DNA of 64,000 nt, taken from IMG/VR virus record IMGVR_UViG_3300021475_000005. One strand, 5' to 3'. The notes below the pieces were generated by a model. The model ran no database searches. It was not told where the DNA came from and worked only from the letters and a program-made list of their open reading frames with translations. Source of the DNA: a virus (Duplodnaviria; Heunggongvirae; Uroviricota; Caudoviricetes). Position 1 is the stretch's first letter. Every line of letters begins with the position of its first letter. The position numbers were made by a program, and so were the translations under genes. Shown in pieces: positions 46,999-59,114 of the stretch.

Positions 46999-47820
46999 CT
47001 AGACCCATTCTGATTGCCTTTCTTTGGCGTTGGCGTTGGTGTTATTGATACCGGTGTTGGCATTGAGTGCCTGTTTAACCTTCCAATTCTTTTCGTGGAT
47101 CGGCCAAAGTTCATTGAATGTATCCAGCCACCGCATTCTTGCGATGCATGGATTCCAAATTTCGATTTTGTCCGGATATGGTTTGATCTGCCGGAGAAAC
47201 TCCCACTCGTCACCCGGTTGGTCTGCAACCATCAAGTCGCGTTTCTCAGTCGCAGCCATGCGAATATCGATTTGCTTGACTATAGGAGACATCTTTGTCG
47301 GGAGATGAAATTGATAAGCAATTGCGCCCGCTGCGGCATCTTCATATTTCTGGAAGTCTGGGCACAACTGTTTAAGTGGTGTCGTCGTGTCACCAACTAG
47401 GGACTCTTGGGAATCATGCATCAAGGCTTCAAATTTGTATTCCTCGGGAGCGTTCTCACATGCATGCACTGAATGCTGTGCGACCGTATATGCCAAGAAG
47501 CCGCTTTTGTTATGCCCGTTGAAACGGGCAATCTTACTCAGCGCGCCTGCAATATCTTCCGGCTTTATCGGATACCGATAAGGTTCAAGAAAATTAAAAT
47601 AGCCACCCGATGTAAGCTGGATTGAGGGTTCGCAAATCAGGAATGGAGGCAGCCCGCGCTTCTCCAGAAGATCGAGATAGGCTCGCGCCAATACCTCAAG
47701 GTCAAATTCTGGAGGAGCCTTATACGGTGTCGAGACGCATAAGCGATGCCGTTCGGCGGCGCGCTTGGCTGCTTCGTGCAGCCCTACATCGTATTGGTAC
47801 CCTAATTTCTCGGGAGACAT
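46999..47820 (-). CDS. HD-domain phosphohydrolase (YfbR/YfdR-like)
   Basis: RFNGH, YTVAQHS, LMHDSQE..GD and VKQID motifs. Confidence 0.88.
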   Translation of the reverse strand: MSPEKLGYQYDVGLHEAAKRAAERHRLCVSTPYKAPPEFDLEVLARAYLDLLEKRGLPPFLICEPSIQLTSGGYFNFLEPYRYPIKPEDIAGALSKIARFNGHNKSGFLAYTVAQHSVHACENAPEEYKFEALMHDSQESLVGDTTTPLKQLCPDFQKYEDAAAGAIAYQFHLPTKMSPIVKQIDIRMAATEKRDLMVADQPGDEWEFLRQIKPYPDKIEIWNPCIARMRWLDTFNELWPIHEKNWKVKQALNANTGINNTNANAKERQSEWV

Positions 47821-49062
47821 CGAATCCGTTTGTTCAACTCAGGAGGTCAGAAAGCATATTGGACTCTACCTGTCAAGATGCTGGACTCATAATCCTCTAC
47901 GGGATCAAGAGCTTAGCTTTGAGCAGGCGAGACAATCGAGTTGGGATTCGATCCAGCTTTAGAATCACAATAGCGCTGGTGGATGTAATTGAAGACGAAA
48001 GGCATCGCGGTGCCGAGTGCGGTGAGCACGGCTGCAATATTATTGGGGGAGGAGATGGCGATGAAAGGAACGACAAAGATAATCACCCACATGCCGATGC
48101 GCGTGGGTGACAGGACGATCTCAGGGCCGGGCTCGACCACATTGAGGAAGCGCAAGCACGTGCGCCAAATACGACGCGTACCGTCTTCTTTATAGCAATG
48201 TGGCGGAAGGGACTTGAGCATTTAATAGATACGTGGACCGATAAAGGTTGGAGAAATTTCGACGATATCACCAGTGCGTACTTCAGGAAAAGGTACAGCC
48301 GGATAAAAGCCTACTGGTTGATCCAGCTTCTTTTCGATGGCTTCGAGCCTTTCCAGAATTTTCTTCATGAATTCGTCTTTTGCGGGATCGACACAATCAG
48401 GTTGATTAGTCTTGCGGTCGAACTCTTCCGCTTGTCGTATTAGCCGCTTGTATTCAAGCGCCTTCTGATAGTCCCACCACTCATTCGGCATACGCATGCC
48501 ATAATCTGTAATTGCACTAACCGCGCACATCTTGATTGTCTCCGCCACACTCTTGATAAAGAACGAGTGCTTGATTCTGGATTTGCTTAAAAAGTTTGCT
48601 GCTCTCAGGATTAGGCCAGTTCTTGGCAGGGATCATGAGGTTGGTGAGGGCCTGCTCATAGCTCGCCGCCAAGCGCAGCAACTCGTCAGCACGAGTATGA
48701 CCCCGTGCTGCGAGTTCCCGCATATGAAAGGCAATTGTTTTGGCAGGTCTTGAGGCCACTGGTTAGGCAGCCGGAGGGGTAATCCCAAGCTTGGAGAAAA
48801 CCCAAGCGCGGAAGGTGGGAATGAAATAGAGAGCGGCCCCGAGGCCTCCCACTACAACTAGAACGGCTACAAACATCGCGAGAATCCTTTTAGGTTGGGC
48901 GATCAGGAAGCGCTATCCTTACGCTTCTGGACCGGACGTGTCAAGTTTCAGGACATGAAACTTTTACCACGGCGGTAAAATCAAGGCATCCTTGATAATC
49001 CAGATCGAGGCTGCGGCTCCAGCGAGGAAGCTTAGAAGGATTACAGAAATCAGCCAGATCAT

Positions 49063-49308
49063 TTAGAGATTCCTATATTCTAAGCAGACTTCTGGGTATA
49101 TGGACACTTCGTATCCACGCTTACTGTACCAACGAACAGTCAAATGCCGCATGCTTATGTGAGGTAATTCAATCCATTGACCCGTTTCTGGGTCTTGCTT
49201 GACAGCAGGACAGGTCATTTTCTCATGGCTGTCGATTACTGTCATCAATGGACCACCACAACCAAGGGCCACCGCATCACCGACTTTCAATGATGTGAGA
49301 GATTTCAT
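49063..49308 (-). CDS. YodC/DUF2158-like small protein
   Basis: LKVGDAV.L..GGPLMTV...VRWY. Confidence 0.6.
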   Translation of the reverse strand: MKSLTSLKVGDAVALGCGGPLMTVIDSHEKMTCPAVKQDPETGQWIELPHISMRHLTVRWYSKRGYEVSIYPEVCLEYRNL

Positions 49309-50641
49309 TCCTTCATTTTCTCGACAAAGTTATCCCTACAGAAGTCGAATAATTTGGATTGGAAATCTTTTGGATAACTCTCAGGAAGTTCAATGCGCGT
49401 AGCATTATACCAGAACACGCTTAATCCGTGCCATGCACTTGATACTGCTATTTCGTGTACACGAACGTCGCTGCGCATTTCGCCAAGGCACTTCATTCTT
49501 TCATCTCGGAAGTCAATTCAAGTGTATACCGAGAATTACGCGTTTCGATCTCGCCAGTCTCCTCGTCGAAGCTCATAACCCACGATGTGTGTCCGAACTG
49601 TCCGGCGTAATATGGGTGATCGAGAAATTTACCTCGAATCATATATCCGAGACCTACATCTTCCTTGTAGTAATTTTCTGTCTCAGCCTTATCGAAATGG
49701 GCACGATACCAGTTACGGATCGTGCCATTGTGAGGTTTCACAACTTCTGACATGTAGTCCTTAACACAGGCGGCGCGGAGCAGAACCGGGATTGGGTGGA
49801 AGATTGCGCCAGATGTGATGAAGTTGATCTTCCGTCACCTGAACGTGCGAATCCTTTTTCAGAAGAGCGAGTTCAGATTCGATCTTGTTAAGACGATCTG
49901 AAAGTTGAGTCAAGATGGCGCTGAGTGCCGGATCGATTTTTATGTGAAGATCAAGCTTTTCTTTCTTAGGTTTAGCAGCCTGTTTCTTTTCCTTAATAAA
50001 TTTCACATTGTTCTTGGGCTTCGTCTTGGTAGCCATTATTTTGCTTTCCGCTTCTTCGGTTTTGATGTGGGTTTTTTCGTTCTGGGCTTGCGTTTTTGTT
50101 TTGGTTTCGGCTGTGTAGGGATAGGGACAGTCGTTGGATGAAGAAGCGCTAAGTCCTCATCATCCAAGATATCCATCTCGTCATCTTCCGAAAGGGACTC
50201 GTGATCGAGGTCGTCGATCAATTCATTCAACGAATTATAATTCTTCCGGCCCATGATGATGATTTTAAATTGAACCCTTACCGCAGTCACAACGATCTGG
50301 ACCACAATAGACAAGACACATTTTTCCAAGATTGCGTGGGCGACCCCAACAGTCCTTTAATGAACGGTATGGTTCTGATAATGGGACGAGGGCTGGTTTA
50401 GGCGGAACATACTCGTGACGGATTTGTGGTCCGTCAGGCAGCTTGGGAAAGCCTTCAAAATTTTCCGTATTCGGAAAACGAGGGGCACTACCTTCAAATG
50501 TTTTGTCGCAGGTCAAGGTGTTATCGTAGAAGAGATCGAGTTGATAAGGAGGAAGGTGGCATCGTGTGTCTGTTAAAGGCCAACGATCCAGTCGGCTGTA
50601 CTTGCACCGGCAATCGTCGCCCGGATTGCACTCGCATGCCA

Positions 50642-52537
50642 TTAGTTACCTCCGGAACCGCCTGTGCCACCCGGATTAGGCTTCTTCGCTTTGGAAACCT
50701 TTCCACTACGTCCCGGTGATGGCGGAGCCGGGCCAGCGGCCTTGGAAGGATTCGGTCCTTGTGGGTATGGAGCCTGCGGAGCCATGATCTTTGGCGGTGG
50801 CGCTTTTTCTTCGAGAACAACCTGACGTTCTTGCAGATCGATTTCCTGCTGCTGCATATCCGCTTCGCGTGCCACAGAAACCTGATCCAGTTCCTGCTGA
50901 CGAGTTGCGTAGCCGCGTTGACGCGCTTGGGCATCGGGGCTGTTGATGAAGCTCATAGGGTCCTTCAATGCAGAAATGAAATCATCCAGCGTCATGTCCG
51001 GGTCGATGACTTCTGCCTTGTGAAGATAGTCATAGAAAACCTCAACAGGAATGACACCATCGTCATACATCATATGAATCGCACGGAGTTCACGGGCACC
51101 GACTGGGGCCGACAAGAACGCCTGATTGATTTCGTAACGGATGTTTTCGGATTCGGTGAGTGGGATATCGCGCCACATCATCCACCAGCGGAAGACTTCG
51201 CGCATGCCGTCTTCGGTGCTGAGAATGACATTCAGGAGGAGGGATTGTTCGTTTGCTTCCCGCAGGACGGTCTGATCTTTGGATTCGGAAGACTTCACAC
51301 CGGGCATGAGGCGTCCGCCAATGGCAGCGATCTGTTCTTCTTTGCCTGTAAGAGCGCTCTCAAGCGCTTTCAGGCCTGTTCCATGGAATTCTAGGATACC
51401 GGGCGCATGAGCGTCGGCTGGGGTTTCCCAGACCATGTCAGGGCCGATGTGATACTCAGAAGCGCCTTCGTCGTCTTTGCCGGGCGCGTAATAGACTGGA
51501 AGGGCGGTAAAGACACGACCATGTTCGAGGTCGGCGTAGGTACGATAATGGCTGAGGTTGAGATCGACGATATCGAGGAGCGGTGGTTTCTCGCAGTCAG
51601 CGGCATTTGATGTTGCGCCGAAGAACATGAACGGGATGAAACTAAGTGGGACGCCGCGAACTGTGGGTACAAAGTTCAGTTCGGGGACGGTACGAGGATC
51701 GTCCGAGTATACCTTCTGCCGATAGAGCCACGTAAAATCTTCCTGCTGTTCGAGTAGGAGTTCCCGGTAAACTGTTTTGTAAGTATAGGCTTCGAGATAA
51801 CGGTTGACCGGTCGAACCATTTGGCCCATCCGGTTACGGCCCCATTGACTATCGATGGCTGCTTGAGCGGCGTTCTGAACCGCGTTGGTGGCGCGCATGC
51901 CTTCCGGTGAGCCCGGATCGCGTTGACCGATCCATGGATTTTGCTGATCAGGGGCATTGGAGATGGAGCGTACAAACTCGCGCAGGAGGACGCGAGTGAC
52001 CATGTAGCGCCCGTTGATGGATTGGACTGTCCAATCGAGAATGTTCTCGGCTGCATAGCCCACGGCATAGGGTAGAGGAGTTTTTGAAGGTGTTTCTGGA
52101 ACATCGACGAGGACGCCGAAACGGCCCATGGCGATCACTTCAGCCATCACGGTCTTCGTGAATGCTACATGACCAGCGCCATCTTTTGCGAAATTGTTGA
52201 CGATGGCGTCTTTGAATTTGGATGGTAAGTTTTTGATGACAGGGTCGCGGCGGAAGACTTGACCAAGCATGCCTGTCTGCGTCTGAGCAGACATATTGTA
52301 GAAGACGGCACGCTCTAAGTAGCGAAGATAAGCATCGTCATCCTGACCGGGCATGCGCCGCAGATAAATTTCGGCTTTGCGCTTGACTTCACGGGAGCCG
52401 GAAATTACATCTCGAATCTTGGCCCAATCTACCCTCCAGTACATAAACTCTGGATGAACGACGACTGATGTGGCGTTTGCAACGCCCGCAGCTACGCGAG
52501 AAATGTTTGTGCTATTGGGACTCTGACCGGCTGCCAT
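50642..52537 (-). CDS. portal protein (DUF4055-like)
   Basis: YLERAVFYN, GRFGVLVD, IPFMFFG, KPPLLDIVDLNLSHY and GGRL motifs. Confidence 0.9.
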   Translation of the reverse strand: MAAGQSPNSTNISRVAAGVANATSVVVHPEFMYWRVDWAKIRDVISGSREVKRKAEIYLRRMPGQDDDAYLRYLERAVFYNMSAQTQTGMLGQVFRRDPVIKNLPSKFKDAIVNNFAKDGAGHVAFTKTVMAEVIAMGRFGVLVDVPETPSKTPLPYAVGYAAENILDWTVQSINGRYMVTRVLLREFVRSISNAPDQQNPWIGQRDPGSPEGMRATNAVQNAAQAAIDSQWGRNRMGQMVRPVNRYLEAYTYKTVYRELLLEQQEDFTWLYRQKVYSDDPRTVPELNFVPTVRGVPLSFIPFMFFGATSNAADCEKPPLLDIVDLNLSHYRTYADLEHGRVFTALPVYYAPGKDDEGASEYHIGPDMVWETPADAHAPGILEFHGTGLKALESALTGKEEQIAAIGGRLMPGVKSSESKDQTVLREANEQSLLLNVILSTEDGMREVFRWWMMWRDIPLTESENIRYEINQAFLSAPVGARELRAIHMMYDDGVIPVEVFYDYLHKAEVIDPDMTLDDFISALKDPMSFINSPDAQARQRGYATRQQELDQVSVAREADMQQQEIDLQERQVVLEEKAPPPKIMAPQAPYPQGPNPSKAAGPAPPSPGRSGKVSKAKKPNPGGTGGSGGN

Positions 52538-55500
52538 GTGATTCCTATTATGCCTTCGGCAAAGAAAAGGGGCAGCGACCTTAGCCGCTGCCAGTTGCCA
52601 TAAGGAGATCGGCTTCAGACATAAAATAAGCCGACGAAGCTGTGTCTCATGGTTCTAGGATGGTGTCAAGAATTCCAGAATCACCTGTCGGAGGCTTCGA
52701 CAGACCCTTGACAAGGCTGAGGAATTAGGCGTAGAGTTCGTCATCTGTGTGGTTCCAAAGTCGGTTTAACGAACAAAGGAGGCGCTCTCGGCAGGATAAC
52801 AAACCCCATACCCACCTTATAGAAACCTTTTGTCGTATATTGGATAGCGCCGTCCGAGTGACTCTCGGGCGGCGCTTTGTTTTGGAATCGTTGACGAGAT
52901 GGGACAGTGTGTCAGGATCGAGCTTTCAACTTAAAGGATTCGGATGAGGCATTCTGCCGATACGACACGCAGCCCTATAGAGATCATTGAAGGAGCCGCT
53001 ACGCTGGTGTTGCTGGCTCACCGTTTAGATATCGTCAATGCCATGTCGAAGACATCCGTGACCATTTCAAAGGCTGATGCGGCTGCGCTGGCGCGTTGTA
53101 TGCGTTATGCTGGTACTATTATAGATGAATTAGTTTTAACCGTTGAAGCGCTTGTGATGCCGAAGCTCGACGAACATAGTAATGAGATCAAATCCAAATA
53201 GTCAGTATACGGATCATTTTCCCTAAAAATTGTGAATCAATTTTTCAGGTATAGGCCTATTTTTAGATCGATCATGTTTTCTACCGGTTCCCCGTCCTCT
53301 TTTTTTTTTTTAATCTGTGCACTGATTAATTTTCAATTCAATCCGCACACGTCGGATGGTGCCGCGCGAAAAATGGTTAACGAGGAGGGCCTTGGGTCCC
53401 ATCCCCGTTAACAATTCTTAAACAATGCCAAAGAGCATCGCCGCAAGGCTCAAAAGCAATCCAATGCCCGCACCCCCGGCCAGTAGGGACGCATGAGCCT
53501 TAATAAAGTGCGGGCGCGTCGCGGCGTGCGCTTGGCGTATCGCTTGCGCGCGCAGCACGTTTGCGTTGCGCTCGATCATTGCGGCGGCTCTTTTGTCATT
53601 GACTACGATGTAGGACATAATCGACTCCGTTGTTTGTTTGTGATGTGAATATGAGCATATCAACGTAACGAAGTCAAGTCACATTCTCGAATTAAAATGT
53701 GACTCTTAGCAGATAGTAAACAAACAGTTCACAACTACAAAACAAAAAGGCCGCGCGATTGCGCGGCCTTTGTTTCATGCGAGACGTAACGACTATGCGC
53801 GCCCGAGCGTGCGCCCTATCGCATACAGGCGACGATTAGCCTTCGTGTAATAGCACTCGGAGTAGTCATACAACGCTTGCGCAAACGCTTTCAGCATCAT
53901 GTCGCCGCGCATCTCGGATGCGTCAACGGTTTCCACGATGCTGGCAAGCAACGCGCGCAGGTCGCGCCTTACAGCCTCGGTGGGTACGGCTATCCAACGT
54001 TCAGCTTTTTTGTACGCCAAGTCCGCGAGGTAAAGCGCGTGTTTGTCCACAATGCAGCCTTGCTCAACGGCTTGACCGATGAAGGTGAGAATGAGCGCGC
54101 TATGATTTGCAACGCTTTGGCGAGTGTGGCGAGCAATAGACATATTCGACTCCTTTGGTTGCGCCGCTTGCTTGCGGCTATGCGTAAACCTTAAAGCCAA
54201 ACGACAAAGCGAGTCAAGCGCAAAGAGTCACAATATCATATGATATTGTGACTCTTTGCTTCGTAGTTAATGAATAGTTACCACGCGCTAACGTGTGGCA
54301 ATGCCAACGTCTTGGCATGATGACCGTGATTGCCGGTCGCGTGACCGCGTGCATAAGCGGGGGAGATTGCGAGCATTCCGGAGAGGATGTAAGCGATTGC
54401 ATATTTCATGGTGATGACTCCTTCAGTTGTGGGCTCGCGCCCGTTGGGGTTAGGCTGCTTCGGATTGCTCAATGCGTTGCGCCCATGTGAGGCGTACGCT
54501 TTGCGGCGGTGCGGCGTCGGCGGGATGTGCATATATGACTTGCCCGTTGCCGTGCCGCACGAAAACCGCCTCTTGATCGAAAGCGCGGCAAGCATCGGCG
54601 GCAATCGATTCCAGCCTATCGGCTAAAGTCTTTTCCCGCTTGGGCGACAGGCGCATATCCCAGTCCGCTAGGATCGTGAAGCGGATGGCAATATCGTTAT
54701 ACACGACTTCGTGATTCTTCCATTTGCCACGCTCGGTTTCTTCCGAGAAACATTCCGCGCCGAATTGATTCATGAGGACGCGGCGAAAGTTGGTAAGTTC
54801 ACATGCCAGAGATTCGCCCGCGTTATTCTTTGTCGGGAGAATCACGATTGCTTGACTTTGCATTTTCGACTCCTGCTATCGCTGCATCATTGCAACGTGA
54901 TAAGAGCCTAAGCGCGTTATTCGGAAAAGTCGAGTCACATTTTGAACGAAAAATGTGACTCTTAAATTCGTGCTTAATATTAGGTAAATCGCGTTTTTTC
55001 GTTTGACAACTAACGCAAGCCATGCTCTAAGGTAGTCACAAACAAAAACGGAGTCGATCATGTCTAAGATGAAATTTCGCGAATTAGGTAGGTGCATATG
55101 GCTTGCAGGTCGTTTTAAAAACGATGTGAAAGCTGAAGGCAACGCATCCGACTGGTTTTTCTGGAATAGCAACCTATAGGAGTCAATCATGTGCACTCTC
55201 AAAACGGCGACATGTGAATGCGGACGTTGCAAAGAATTCCGTTTCGTTCAGTTAGTAAAACACGGGAATCGTATATCACCTCCGCTTTATGGCGTTCATA
55301 TCCTGCGCGACGGCGCTTGGACACTATGGGCCGCATATGGTTCACGCCTCACCGCTGAAACCGAAAAGACTTACCTTGTGGACATGCTCGGACTGACTGC
55401 CGAAATTTTCGTGAAGCACGTCTAACGCTGAATCTAGCTATAGGAGTCGATCATGTCTAACCCTATCCCGTATCGTTTTTATTTGACGCCGCAAGGGAAG

Positions 55501-58500
55501 CGCGTCTCTATGTTTTCCAGCTTCATCCCGCCCGGCTCGATTCTCAAGCAAGAGGGATGGACAGTTCAGCACCCGGACGGAACGACAGGACTCGCCCGCC
55601 CGCCATTTGAAACCGAGGCGCAAGCGCAAGCTTGGTGCGATGAACACCCGCGATTCTCCGGCATGTCGCAACACTGAATCGAGCGCGGCGCGGGTCGGTC
55701 ACGATCCGCGCCTTCGCTTGTCACATTTTCCGACATGGTTAACGGCACGGGCGAAACCGTTAAGGTTAACGCCATCAAGGTTAACGCGCGTTAACCGATT
55801 CGCGCCGGATGGTTAACGGCGATTAATCGATGCGCGCCGGATCGTGCGAGCGCTCCAAAAAATGCGAGCGCGCAAGGTACAGAATACGCGCTCGCACGGT
55901 ATGCTTAGGCCTCGACAATCTCCGGCCCGTTGCCGCCCGATTGCCACGGGATATTACGGAACGTGAAGGATTTGCGCCCAGCGCAAGCCTTGTAGACCGG
56001 CACCGCATTTTCCTCGCGGTTGCCAATACGATCAAAGCGCACGAGGCGGAACGAGTCCAGCTTGGCGATGATGGCTTGCACGTCCGCGAGGCGCTTGCGG
56101 TAGCGCGGCGATTGCAAGAGCTTGAGGCCGGACGCGTGAAGCTCGCCCGTCACACGCGGCTTGTGGCGCTCTAGCGCGTTTTCCAGCGCGTCAACTTCCG
56201 CAGGCGTGTAATTCGGGGCGGTTGAGCTAACCGAGTATCCCAGATAGCGCCGCTTGCTGGCATTCAGGATTTTACGCAATCCGATTACGTTGGTTTTCGT
56301 AATCGTGCCGCTTTTGATTGCAGCCATGTGGTCGGTTGTGTGTTTCATGTTTGACTCCTGTTTTTGTTCGGATTGTGGATAGCAAAACGGGGGTTTATTG
56401 TCAACCCCCGCAAGCCAAGTTCATTTAAGCAGCATCAAAAATATGAGGCCCATTATCCACGGATGACGCCGCAGGAATAGCACCTCTAAGAGCAAGATGA
56501 TTCCGCCGTGCATGTGTCCGCCGTGCGCGCCGTGGCTGTGTCCGCCGTTGTGCATTATGTGCCTTTCCTTTCATGGGTGAAAATGTGACTCGCGTCGATT
56601 TAAGGCCGTCCCTATTGAGTTGACGAGTCACAGTTTAGGGAATTTGTGACTCTTTTTCCGTGACATTATCCGGCCCTTGCATCCGATGAAGTGCGTGCCC
56701 TCAAGTGCTCTTGCAGTAACCGGATTGCGAGTCGCAATTCCCGGTTACTGGTTTCGAGGGCGACGGCTTGCACGGCTTGGCGAGCGCTAGGGCGCATGTT
56801 TGAAGTGCGCATTCGCCCATAGCTTTCTAGGAGCGGGTCAAGGGTCATGCGTCACTTCCTTCAGCAACGTCGCGCAATTCGCCGATGAGCGCCACGATCA
56901 TATCGGCGTCCATCGATTCGTCTTCCTCTACGATCCGCGCCACGCGAATCACTTGTGCCGCAAGTGATAATGCGTTGACAACCTCATGCGCCAGCGCGTC
57001 GGCTTCAGCGGGCGTCAAGGCGTGACCGTCCGATGAATTGCCCGTGCGCTGAATGTAAGCGACCGGGACGCCGTTTTTCAGGATCGTGCGGCCCGAGCCT
57101 AGCGTATACACGGACGCGCTCATACGTCACCCATGCGCACTGCATCAAGCGCGAGTTGTATCGTTTCATAATGCGGGCGACCGTCGAAGCCGACAGAATT
57201 GTTGCCAGCATCTTCGTGCTCGCATTCTTCGGGTTCAAGTAGATAAAAGCCCATGGCATCGTGTCGGACATGGCGTCCATCATCCGCAATGATAGGTTCA
57301 TCAGGATCATGCGACGGAAGCGGATTGCCTTCATCGTCCAAATTAGCGAACGCTTCGCCCATTTTCTTGATATTGGAAATGAGTTCGGATTTTTCCTCCG
57401 CCTCAACTTCCGCGAAATAATCTTCGCCCATCTCCGATTCGATTCCCCACAAGCCAGCGCTCGCAATGTCAAACATGCGAAACGATTTGCCGCCAATGGG
57501 AACGAGAATGTGCGCGACCACGCGCACGCCGACCATATGCCAATCGCGGCGATTGTACGCGGCAAGGCGTTCTTTGTCCTGCTCAATGTACTTGTCGCGT
57601 TCGGATGCGGGCGTGACGCCCACATAATCCTGTTCGAGGTACGACAAGTCCGGAGATTCGTCCACGAGTATCTCGCGTTCAAATTCGATATAGACGCGTT
57701 GCTCGCGTTTGGACGAATCGAAGTTCCTAAACTGTTTGCTCATATGTGCGACTCCTGTTTTGTTTGTGGGGTCGTTTGTAAATCAAAGAATTTTCATTGT
57801 CAACCCACGAAAGCCAAATTTTTCTATTGACAACGGACGCAAGCCATTTTACAAACACGCAACAGTTTGGAGGTGCAACCATGATCTAAGTCACGCCGTT
57901 AGCCGGGAACGCTACTCACGCGGCAAGTCCCGTAGGCAAGAGCAAGAAGAGTCGCGCTCGCAAAGTCCGGGCGAGCGCGTAGGAAAGCGGTAACCAACCC
58001 GTACCGGCGCTTGCGGCGGATGGTTAACGCCGCGTGTGTCCAGCGCGGCGGCGCGTTAACCTTAACGGCTTAAAGGTTAATGACATATACAGTCGGAAAA
58101 TCTGACAAGTGAAAAAGTCGCCGGATGGATTGTTAGCCCATCCGGCGAAGTTAGGTACAGGGCAACCGCTTGCGCGGGAGTCGAGCCGTGCACCTCGAAA
58201 ATTATCTGCCCTCTCTGAACAGGTCTAACGTATCGCTGCAACGCTTGGCAGGTGCAATATATGACGGATCGAGTTCATGCAACTCCGCCTCTTTGTCCGC
58301 GTGTAGCTCGCCAATGTCCGCCGCAAGTTTGTTCCAGTCAATTGCCGGATCAACTTCCCCCATGAGACCGTCATCCGTCACGCCATAATAGACTCCCATT
58401 TTCCACTCGGAGTCATAGTCTGGCGAAAGTTTGTGAACTGCAATTAAAAGAGTCGCGAGTTCGTTCGCATCCCATTTAATCACCGGCTTCGCAAGCCATG

Positions 58501-59022
58501 ATTCCAGTTCGTTGGTATAGAACGAAATGAAGCCATCATAAGACGTGTGGCGCTTGCGGATTATTGTCGCGAGCATGACGTGGTTATCTTTACGCGACTT
58601 CGCAAACAACTTCCGGACTGCGCGGGCCGATATGAGGCAGAAAATTCTGTCGGTTGCGAAGTTGTACTCTTTCGGTGAAGTCATTTCCTCGAATTCGAGT
58701 CCAAGCTCGACTCCGATTGTTTCGCCCCATTGACGGCTAAAAACGTCAACGTAAGTTTTCGCGACGTTCTGGCAGGCAACTTCGTAATTGAGATTGACGC
58801 TAATCACTTCGCCGAATTCGCCCGCCGTAAGCCGGAGTTCCTTCGCGAGGGAATTCTTATCTTCCTCCGCGTAATTTTCGGCGAGGCTTTCCAGTTCACT
58901 ATCGATTGCTTCCGAGTAGAATGATTCATAGAATCCGCTAAACGGGATATTGATGCTCAATTTTTCCATGTGCTCGACTCCTTGTTTTGTTGTGGGCATG
59001 TTCTAGCCGGACGTGAATTTAT

Positions 59023-59114
59023 TGTCAACCCCTAAAAGCCAAAATATTTTCTATTGACAACCGCCGCAAGCCATGATCTAAAAGGGGCAACAATCAAAAC
59101 AGGAGTCGAGCATG
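59023..59114. promoter_or_regulatory. repeated back-to-back promoter/RBS cassette (other copies at 57798, 60250, 60823; half copy at 56399)
   Basis: TGTCAACC..AAGCCAAA..TTGACAAC..AGCCATGATCTAARAGGGGCAACAA.CAAAACAGGAGTCG..ATG. Confidence 0.85.

Larger units (their letters stand above)
42136..50642 (-). other. dense array of ~25 small co-oriented hypothetical genes
   Basis: Tiling or overlapping minus-strand ORFs (e.g. 42136..42582, 42584..42790, 43312..43647, 43650..43925, 43957..44325, 48222..48548, 49493..49753, 49761..50036). Confidence 0.75.

Noticed and set aside
53299-53312. Long poly-T run as a functional element
   Set aside because: May mark the early-region boundary or be a homopolymer artefact; no supporting hairpin
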